A stretch of DNA of 64,000 nucleotides. It comes from a virus. A program made the translations under genes and the position numbers. The stretch lies in the IMG/VR virus record IMGVR_UViG_3300020442_000009, positions 61,910 to 125,909 of that record; one strand, 5' to 3'. The notes below the pieces were generated by a model. That model did not search any database. It saw only the letters and a list, made by a program, of their open reading frames with translations, and had not been told where the DNA came from. Shown one piece after another: positions 57,229-64,000 of the stretch (positions are counted from its first letter, which is position 1; every line of letters begins with the position of its first letter).

Positions 57229-59382
57229 TTAGCTAGGTTCTACAATAAACACAGCATACGGGTTTGATCCTGTTATGAAAGAATTAACTCCTGCATATGC
57301 CGACCTTGGGTTACTTAATTTTATAAAGAAGAACTCATCATTCTCTAAAGGAGTAGTGTCTGGTGTTAAAGGTATTCCTGTAACTGTTATAGTTTTTTCA
57401 TTTTCGCCAGCAGCAAAGTAGAAGGTTCCACTACCAGACAAGTAGTCTCCATCATCATCTGTTCCGTTAGTTATGACACCAGTTACAGCACTATTTGATG
57501 CATTTTGAGTGTTCCAGTCCACAGAGAAAGGACATCCCACAAAATCAGGCTCACAATGACCAGTTTCTCGTAAGACTTTAATATTTGCAGTTCCCCCTTC
57601 AATTAAATATGTAGATGCATATTGAAATCTAACTGGAGCGTCTCCAGCACATACAGATGTAGTTGGAGTAATTGAAGGAGTTATAGAAATAGTGGGAGTA
57701 ACTGATGCTGCCGGAGTCTTGCTAGGTGTTGGAGTAACAGAAATAGTAGGTGTTGTTGTAACTGAAATCGTTGGTGTCACAGATGGACTAATTTGCCTAC
57801 TTGGCGTGGTAGTAACGGATATTGTTGGAGTTACACTGTTAGATATTGTTGGAGTAACGGTAGGAGTTGTAGTAGGAGTAGGACTTTGTGTTACAGATAT
57901 TGTTGGAGTTTGGGTAGCTGTTGGTGTTGGTGTTTGAGTGACAGAAATAGTTGGTGTTACCGATGGAGTTACTGAAGGTGTTACGGATATAGTAGGAGTA
58001 TTTGTGGGAGTAATTGATATTGTTGAAGTAGGAGTAGGAGTGGGAGTGCTTGATGGAATGGCTTTGCCCGGAGGTGGGGGCAATACAGGCTTCCACCAGC
58101 CCGGATCACCGGGATCAAACCCCCCAGTTGGAACCGGCTCAGAAGAATTACATCCAGAACCTGTACATGGGGGATCATTGGAACCCGGCGCATCTCCAGA
58201 TTCTAAACAACCTCCACTGATCAAAAAACCGTTTTCCTTAGTTACTGTAAAATCAAAATCAATTTTAGTTGTTGACATTGAATGCAAAGGAAAAGTGTTT
58301 GACCTAGATTTTAATACAGCATTATCAATTACATACCTAATTAAAGGCATTTTAGTTGGAGCATCGCAAAAACTTGAACTATGAGGGCAGTTATTATTGC
58401 ATGTAATATGAATTTCGTAAGGTTTATCTTTTTTTAATATTGTATTTAAATTTCCAATTTCTAAATCTTTATCAAGGATATCTAAAGACAGATTTCCCAT
58501 TACTGGTAAATTTAATTTTCTATCATACGGATACATAGAACCAAATCCATATAAATTTCGTCTTGATAAATCTAAATTAATATTAAAGCCTTGAGCATTC
58601 GCATTGTTACCGCTTATTTTTTGCCCGCCTATATTAGTTTCAGTTATTTTTAAATCTATATTATTAGGTAATATCGCAGGAACTGTATATTCATTTGCTG
58701 AATCATGCTTTGTAAACCCGTAATGAAAAACATCTTTCTTTTTTCCATCAAATAAATGAATCGCTGGAATATAGTTTTTATTTGCCCCACCAGCACTACT
58801 AGTACCTGAATAAGTGTCAATTTGCACATTAGATGCGGCATAAGACATATCAACTTTTACTGGTGAATTTAGTGAAGCATTTACGGAATATCTTGTTGCA
58901 AAACAATTTCCTATAGAAAGAACATTATGCCCTATGAAGTCATTGTCTTTTTGTAAAGATAAAGCTTGCTGTCCAGCATCAGACCTCAAAACCAAAAAAA
59001 AGTTTTTATCCCCATGATGCCTTGTTATAAAGCTCCTGATTGGCTCTCCACCAGAAGGCACTACGTTAAAATTTAACAAGTATTCATTAAATCCACATGT
59101 TGGTAGATATGAAAAATTAAAATTAACAGGTACTGGCTCTATGTTTACATCTATATTTGAACCGGGAGCAGGAGAATCGCTAATGACATTAATTCTTCTT
59201 GTTAATAAATCTTCGCCACCAATTTGTCTTATTTCTTCTCTGTTTATCCCAAAGTCATAACCAATAGATTGAACTTTTGTCAAATGCCTTAGAAAGTCTT
59301 TCTCCCCATCGTGATGCGGCGAAAAAGCTGGAGCGGGACCAACAAACAATGCTACATATTCAGACCTTATAAAATTCCTCAT
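57229..59382 (-). CDS. Divergent tail-tube-like paralog fused to a mucin-like tract and Calx-beta domain
   Basis: ALFVGP, LTKVQSIGYDFGINREEIRQIG align with the two upstream paralogs; C-terminal DYLSGSGTFYFAAGENEKTITV..ENDEFFFIKLSNP. Confidence 0.75.
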   Translation of the reverse strand: MRNFIRSEYVALFVGPAPAFSPHHDGEKDFLRHLTKVQSIGYDFGINREEIRQIGGEDLLTRRINVISDSPAPGSNIDVNIEPVPVNFNFSYLPTCGFNEYLLNFNVVPSGGEPIRSFITRHHGDKNFFLVLRSDAGQQALSLQKDNDFIGHNVLSIGNCFATRYSVNASLNSPVKVDMSYAASNVQIDTYSGTSSAGGANKNYIPAIHLFDGKKKDVFHYGFTKHDSANEYTVPAILPNNIDLKITETNIGGQKISGNNANAQGFNINLDLSRRNLYGFGSMYPYDRKLNLPVMGNLSLDILDKDLEIGNLNTILKKDKPYEIHITCNNNCPHSSSFCDAPTKMPLIRYVIDNAVLKSRSNTFPLHSMSTTKIDFDFTVTKENGFLISGGCLESGDAPGSNDPPCTGSGCNSSEPVPTGGFDPGDPGWWKPVLPPPPGKAIPSSTPTPTPTSTISITPTNTPTISVTPSVTPSVTPTISVTQTPTPTATQTPTISVTQSPTPTTTPTVTPTISNSVTPTISVTTTPSRQISPSVTPTISVTTTPTISVTPTPSKTPAASVTPTISITPSITPTTSVCAGDAPVRFQYASTYLIEGGTANIKVLRETGHCEPDFVGCPFSVDWNTQNASNSAVTGVITNGTDDDGDYLSGSGTFYFAAGENEKTITVTGIPLTPDTTPLENDEFFFIKLSNPRSAYAGVNSFITGSNPYAVFIVEPS

Positions 59383-59402
59383 ACCTTATATAGGTATTAC
59401 AC
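59383..59402 (-). promoter_or_regulatory. GTGTA upstream motif
   Basis: GTGTAATACCTATATAAGGT-ATG. Confidence 0.65.
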
Positions 59403-59441
59403 TTCTACAGGAATTATTTCAAATAAAATAATTTAATTATT

Positions 59442-59837
59442 TTAAACTGAAGTTGTTGGTGTGGGTGTTGGCGTTGGCGAAACAGATATCGTAGGTGTTA
59501 CCGAAGGTGGAGGGGGAGTATTGGTTGGCGAAACAGATATCGTAGGTGTTACCGAAGGTGGAGGGGGAGTATTGGTTGAAGTTACGGATATCGTTGGGGT
59601 AACTGATATTGTAGGTGTCACCGACACACTTATTGTTGGAGTTATTGTTGGAGTTACGGATATCGTTGGAGTAACTGATATCGTTGGGGTTGGAGTTGGG
59701 GTAATCCAAGTTCTATGTTCACCAATTGCTGTGTGCCTATACATTTCATTACTGAACCCACCCCTTAAAGAAGGAGCATTATATCGCCCAGTAGTACCTT
59801 CGTTACCGTACCTTATAAAATATTCAAAATTACTCAC
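59442..59837 (-). CDS. Short ORF homologous to the C-terminus of the major tube paralog plus mucin-like tail; possibly a frameshift extension of 59839-61422
   Basis: EYFIRYGNEGTTGRYNA vs EYFAPYGKNGTTGWYSA in 61484-63199; GTG start 1 nt after the upstream TAA. Confidence 0.7.
   Translation of the reverse strand: MSNFEYFIRYGNEGTTGRYNAPSLRGGFSNEMYRHTAIGEHRTWITPTPTPTISVTPTISVTPTITPTISVSVTPTISVTPTISVTSTNTPPPPSVTPTISVSPTNTPPPPSVTPTISVSPTPTPTPTTSV
59473..59578 (-). repeat. 51-nt coding tandem duplication (TNTPPPPSVTPTISVS unit)
   Basis: Identical units starting at 59473 and 59524. Confidence 0.9.
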
Positions 59838-59838
59838 C

Positions 59839-61422
59839 TTAACTTCCGTCTAATTTACCAAACCTTGGGCTAATTGAAGGAGGCTCTTTATATTTACCAT
59901 CCTCTCCCTTAACATTAGCAAAACCAGAAAAGAAAATACCTTTATCATCTTCTTCTGGTCCAGTGATTTGGGTTACAAAAGTAAGATCAACTGATTTATT
60001 TTCTCCTATTGCCGAAGTAAATCCTTCAGATTCAAGATAAGCACCTTTAAAATCAATAGTAATTCCATCTGGCTGATTGTTAGGTGTGCATCTTATGCAC
60101 ATAGGATTTTGCATCCTTATTTTTAAATCAACCATATTTCCACAATAAATTTCATCAGCTAAATTGCCTGCTTTTATATCTGACACTAAAGCATTAACAG
60201 TTAATGTTGCGGTTACTGGGTATTCAATTTCTTTTGCAAAAGCATAAGTGTTACCCATTCTATTAAGAGATTCTCTTGCTAATGGAGCACTGAGAGTAAA
60301 ACTTTGTATGTGAGCACTACCCCTGTCATCTGACCCTTCAGAATAATCTCTTGTATCCCCTGATATTTGTTTTGATATTAAAGCTCTCCCATTTAAATCT
60401 AAATGTATGTCTCCAGCCTTTAGGCATGGAACACCAAAACCTGATTCAGAAGGTGGCAAAACAAAACATGTATCACAAATCTGAGTGCCGTCCTGAGGGT
60501 TGATTGCAGGAATTTCCCTAAAATCAGTTCCACCCACATCACTTTTTATATTTAAACCTTCCATTGTTACAGAAACTGTTGGCATTCCGCCAACACTAGC
60601 TTCAATAGAATAGTCCGTTATGAATGCATTTCCTATTGAGATAACAGATTTCCTGTCTTCGGCAACCATAGTATCTCCCTTAACAGCATCTCTACCTTCA
60701 GGAACAGTTAATATAAACATATTGTGGCCAAATTCATTTTGCTCTTTGACCATGATGCCAGATAAATGCTCTTTTTGTCCGTGAGTTACAAAGCCTAATA
60801 GTCTTTCGTTTTCACCATCCGTAATATAATAAGAAAAATCTAAATTAACAACTGGAGATTCATTTACAATCGCATCTATTCTACCAAGTTGACCAAATTG
60901 ATTTACATCTGTCCTGTTTACAGTAAAGCTATAATTTGCAGATTGTATTCTTTTAAGTTGCTCTATGGCTGTTCCCCAGCTTCCAGAAGTCGAAGTTAGG
61001 TCTTCGTTTTGAATGTATTTTAACCCACCACCAGAAACACCGCTCTTCATTCCAACGTCACTAAGAACTGCATGCTTGGCTAAAGTTACTTCATTTCCTG
61101 CACTATCTACACCCGTGCATTTATACATTCTATTTTTGTAATCAATAACTTCTGTTTTTCCGGGATTATCTCCAGTTCCAACACAGGCATCAAATACAAA
61201 AGTTTGTCCACCGTCTCCGCTTCCTGAAATCCAACACTCTGATCTATACTGCTCTCGCCCTAAGGGTGCATTTGGATAATTTGCTTTATCAATTAATCCT
61301 GCATTTGATGCAGGCATATAATATATATGCTTTCCCGTAGCATCTGGAGAAATGAACAACGCTTCACTTTGATAGATTACTCTATTTCTGTTTGAAAGTT
61401 TAGTTGTTCTTTTTTTACTCAT
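59839..61422 (-). CDS. Putative tail tube protein, paralog 2
   Basis: Colinear with 61484-63199 (identical RNRVIYQSEALFISPDATGKHIYYMP); beta-rich alternating pattern. Confidence 0.65.
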   Translation of the reverse strand: MSKKRTTKLSNRNRVIYQSEALFISPDATGKHIYYMPASNAGLIDKANYPNAPLGREQYRSECWISGSGDGGQTFVFDACVGTGDNPGKTEVIDYKNRMYKCTGVDSAGNEVTLAKHAVLSDVGMKSGVSGGGLKYIQNEDLTSTSGSWGTAIEQLKRIQSANYSFTVNRTDVNQFGQLGRIDAIVNESPVVNLDFSYYITDGENERLLGFVTHGQKEHLSGIMVKEQNEFGHNMFILTVPEGRDAVKGDTMVAEDRKSVISIGNAFITDYSIEASVGGMPTVSVTMEGLNIKSDVGGTDFREIPAINPQDGTQICDTCFVLPPSESGFGVPCLKAGDIHLDLNGRALISKQISGDTRDYSEGSDDRGSAHIQSFTLSAPLARESLNRMGNTYAFAKEIEYPVTATLTVNALVSDIKAGNLADEIYCGNMVDLKIRMQNPMCIRCTPNNQPDGITIDFKGAYLESEGFTSAIGENKSVDLTFVTQITGPEEDDKGIFFSGFANVKGEDGKYKEPPSISPRFGKLDGS

Positions 61423-61432
61423 TTTTAGATAA

Positions 61433-61462
61433 GCTACTCAAACCGAATTTAGTTTGAGTAGC
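61433..61462. terminator. Perfect 11-bp hairpin between tube paralogs (weak terminator/attenuator or mRNA-stabilising stem)
   Basis: GCTACTCAAAC-8 nt-GTTTGAGTAGC; followed only by TTATCT on the coding (minus) strand. Confidence 0.7.
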
Positions 61463-61483
61463 AATTTTTATTATTAAATGTTA

Positions 61484-63199
61484 TTAGGAATAAGCTCCTG
61501 AAGGAACTGAAACGGAAGGATTATTATCCCAAGATCCTCTGGCCTTGTATTTGTCCGACCCGAATCCAGTTGCACTGTACCAGCCAGTTGTTCCGTTCTT
61601 TCCATAAGGAGCAAAATATTCTCCAGTAGCTCTTTTTGTCTTATTCCAGAAACCTGTGAATGCAGCCTTATCATAATTGACGATACTGGGTGACATTTTT
61701 GTCAGTCCATCTGCTCCTGAAACATTTTCAAAACCAGATAAGAAAACACCCACTCCTGCTTGCTCAGGACCACCAATTTGGGTACTGAATGTCAAGTCAA
61801 CAGTTTTATTATCTCCAATTGCAGAACTGAAACTTTCTGAGTCTAGAACAGCTTTTTTGAAATCAATTAAAATTCCATCAGCATTATCATTTGGATCACA
61901 AACAACACAAGCTGGATTCTGAATCCTGATTTGCATGTCATATTGACCTCCGCAAATTAAGTTTACAAGATTTCCAGATTTAAGGTCTGCTACAAGAGCG
62001 TTAACACTCAAGGTTGCTGTAACAGGGAAATCTACTTCTTTTGCAAAAGAATATGTATTTCCAAGTCTTTGAAGTGCAGCCCTACCAAGAGGAGTACTAA
62101 GAGTGAAACTCTGAATGTGAGCACTACCAGCATCTTCAGAACCATAACCGGGAGTTCTTCCAGAAATTTGTTTTGATATGAGAGCTGAATCAGCTAAATC
62201 AATGGTAATATCTCCGGGCTTAAGAACACTAACACCATATCCAGTGTCAGCAGGAGGAAGAATAAAGCATTTTTCACAGATTTGAGTTCCGTCTTGAGGG
62301 TCAATAGCTGGAATTTGTTTAAACTCTGTTCCAATATCACTCTTAATGTTCATGCCTTCAACAGTAACAGAAGCTGTTGGGAAAGCTCCCACACTTGCTT
62401 CCATCGAGTAATCGGTTACATAACCATTTCCTAGTGAAATAGATGTTTTATTAGTTTCATCTACAAGCTGATCACCTTTAATAGCATCTCTACCTTCAGG
62501 TACAGTTAAAATAAAGTAATTGTTTCCGTACTCATTTTGCTCACGAGTCATTAATCCAGAGAGATTTTGGAATTTACCGTCACTTACAAAACCTAAAAGT
62601 CTTTCATTTTCACCGTCAGTTAAATAGTAGGAAAAGTCTAAACTTACTGTAGGAGCTTCGAGAACAACTGCGTCAATTCTTGAAAGTTGACCAAATTGAT
62701 TGATATCTTGCCTATTAATAGTAAAACTGTAGTTGGCATTTTGAACTCTTTTTAATTGCTCAATAGCGGAACCCCACTCTCCGTCATAATCAACACCGGA
62801 AGTTCTTGTAGTTCCTCTTACCCCATTGGAAAGCTTAGCAAGTGCTGATTTACTACCAGAAATACCACTTACCATTCCATCGTCGGCAAGAACTGCATGG
62901 CGGTTTACTGCGTTACCAGTTCCTAGTCCGTCACCAGTACAATTGTACATTTTATATTTGTAATCAAAAGAAGTCGTAACTCCTGTACCTGCACAAGCAT
63001 CAAAAATTATGTCAGCTGCTCCTGTGGTCAGACCAGTAATGTAGCAGTCAGACTGATACTCAGCTGAACTTCTTGTTCCTGTAACAAGCCCTGCATTAAG
63101 CGGCGGCATGTAGTAAATGTGCTTTCCTGTAGCGTCTGGTGAAATGAACAACGCCTCACTTTGGTAGATAACTCTGTTTCTTGGTGGTAATTTAGCCAT
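61484..63199 (-). CDS. Putative major tail tube protein, paralog 1
   Basis: Acidic G/S/T-rich beta protein with two internally similar halves (QNANYSFTINRQDINQFG / QSFTLSTPLGRAALQRLG); own GTGTA motif and downstream hairpin. Confidence 0.65.
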   Translation of the reverse strand: MAKLPPRNRVIYQSEALFISPDATGKHIYYMPPLNAGLVTGTRSSAEYQSDCYITGLTTGAADIIFDACAGTGVTTSFDYKYKMYNCTGDGLGTGNAVNRHAVLADDGMVSGISGSKSALAKLSNGVRGTTRTSGVDYDGEWGSAIEQLKRVQNANYSFTINRQDINQFGQLSRIDAVVLEAPTVSLDFSYYLTDGENERLLGFVSDGKFQNLSGLMTREQNEYGNNYFILTVPEGRDAIKGDQLVDETNKTSISLGNGYVTDYSMEASVGAFPTASVTVEGMNIKSDIGTEFKQIPAIDPQDGTQICEKCFILPPADTGYGVSVLKPGDITIDLADSALISKQISGRTPGYGSEDAGSAHIQSFTLSTPLGRAALQRLGNTYSFAKEVDFPVTATLSVNALVADLKSGNLVNLICGGQYDMQIRIQNPACVVCDPNDNADGILIDFKKAVLDSESFSSAIGDNKTVDLTFSTQIGGPEQAGVGVFLSGFENVSGADGLTKMSPSIVNYDKAAFTGFWNKTKRATGEYFAPYGKNGTTGWYSATGFGSDKYKARGSWDNNPSVSVPSGAYS

Positions 63200-63232
63200 G
63201 ATATAAAAAATATGTTATAATGTTAAATACAC
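63200..63232 (-). promoter_or_regulatory. GTGTA upstream motif with longer leader (major tube paralog)
   Basis: GTGTATTTAACATTATAACATATTTTTTATATC-ATG. Confidence 0.55.
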
Positions 63233-63272
63233 GCTTTAATTCGTGATGTGAAAAAAGTTTTTATTTTTATTC

Positions 63273-64000
63273 CTAGAACAGCCATCTTACTGTAAACTCT
63301 AGGGTACTTCCTTTTGTTAAGTTTAGCTCGCTATATGAGAAGCATCCATCCTGAGCTACTTGAACTTTAATTTTTGGAGGATTGGACGAATCGTATGCAC
63401 ACTTGGCACATGCTGCATCACTACTGTCAACCGCATGGAAAGTTGACAATCCATTATCAAGAGTATCTTCTGTAAATGTGTCAGGTATAAGATTGTCCGA
63501 GCTATTACCGGGGAAGTTTAATGAAGATTCGCAAAAATCTTCCGCACCATCCACACCATCCATATTCGATGCTTCAACGATTTCAAAACCTGTTGCTTGA
63601 GTTCCTTGTCTTGTCCAACCTCCAATACCAGAGAATGATGCTCCATTAAGAGTTACTCCACTATATATAATACTTGTACCAAAGTTACTTCCTCCTGCTG
63701 GAATAGCCCATGTAAATGTTTCAGTAAAGTCTGATTGGCTTGCTGCAGTGGAAGTGCTCGGCGTTGGACTTGGAGTTACCGAAAGCGAAACACTTGGACT
63801 CACCGAAATGCTTGGAGTAACACTAAGAGAAGTACTTGGAGTTACTGAAATGGTTGGTGTTGCTGTTGGGCTGTTCGGTGGAGTATTAGATACGGAAATA
63901 CTTGGAGTAACCGAAATTGTTGAACTTGGAGTTACTGAAATGGTTGGTGTTGCTGTTGGGCTGTTCGGTGGAGTATTAGATACGGAAATACTTGGAGTAA
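63273..64000 (-). CDS. 3' part of a protein with mucin-like T/S/P repeats and a small C-terminal domain; starts beyond the window
   Basis: The frame of ORF 63273-63803 stays open to 64000 (TPSISVSNTPPNSPTATPTISV...). Confidence 0.85.
   Translation of the reverse strand, partial: TPSISVSNTPPNSPTATPTISVTPSSTISVTPSISVSNTPPNSPTATPTISVTPSTSLSVTPSISVSPSVSLSVTPSPTPSTSTAASQSDFTETFTWAIPAGGSNFGTSIIYSGVTLNGASFSGIGGWTRQGTQATGFEIVEASNMDGVDGAEDFCESSLNFPGNSSDNLIPDTFTEDTLDNGLSTFHAVDSSDAACAKCAYDSSNPPKIKVQVAQDGCFSYSELNLTKGSTLEFTVRWLF
63834..64000 (-). repeat. 90-nt-period coding duplication
   Basis: Sequence from 63834 recurs identically from 63924 to the window end. Confidence 0.9.

Noticed and set aside
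61300-63190. Near-identical 5' segments of two tube paralogs as a possible DGR template/variable pair
   Set aside because: Differences are synonymous third-position changes, not adenine-specific, and no reverse transcriptase is present in the window.
1232-63600. Remaining 60-130 aa ORFs nested within or antisense to long genes
   Set aside because: Fully overlapped by well-supported CDSs, with no motifs or upstream signals.
1-64000. Stop-codon reassignment, as in some large phages
   Set aside because: Coding density is near complete in the standard code and TAA, TAG and TGA all end genes at sensible positions.

Overview
AT-rich (roughly 30% GC by eye), densely packed segment of what is most likely a large tailed dsDNA phage genome, read in the standard genetic code; the host may be a PVC-superphylum bacterium, inferred only from the Chlamydia-type ribonucleotide reductase and the near absence of Shine-Dalgarno sites. 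It contains: (i) a split nrdB/nrdA pair whose beta subunit lacks the radical tyrosine (class Ic-like); (ii) two glycan-biosynthesis islands (about 1.9-14.2 kb and 19.3-31.2 kb, about 28 genes: GT90/CAP10 x2, GT61 x2, GT2s, GT69-like, sulfotransferase, methyltransferases, NeuA/NeuB, WecB, UGD, GDP-mannose 3,5-epimerase-like); (iii) a replication/transcription block (dUTPase, sigma factor, SSB, Whirly-like protein, Rad52/ERF-like annealing protein) with three embedded GT-B enzymes; (iv) a minus-strand structural block (41-64 kb) with three tail-tube-like paralogs and six proteins carrying long mucin-like Thr/Ser-Pro tracts, plus Calx-beta, PKD and EF-hand-like modules. The leading hypothesis is a phage-encoded protein O-glycosylation system that builds a sulfated/sialylated glycan coat on mucin-like virion proteins. 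A recurrent GTGTA motif 14-20 nt upstream of ten start codons (33 nt for an eleventh) is a candidate phage promoter. One tail-tube paralog appears split by a +1 frame change from its mucin-bearing C-terminus. All family calls are by-eye motif recognition, not database searches.
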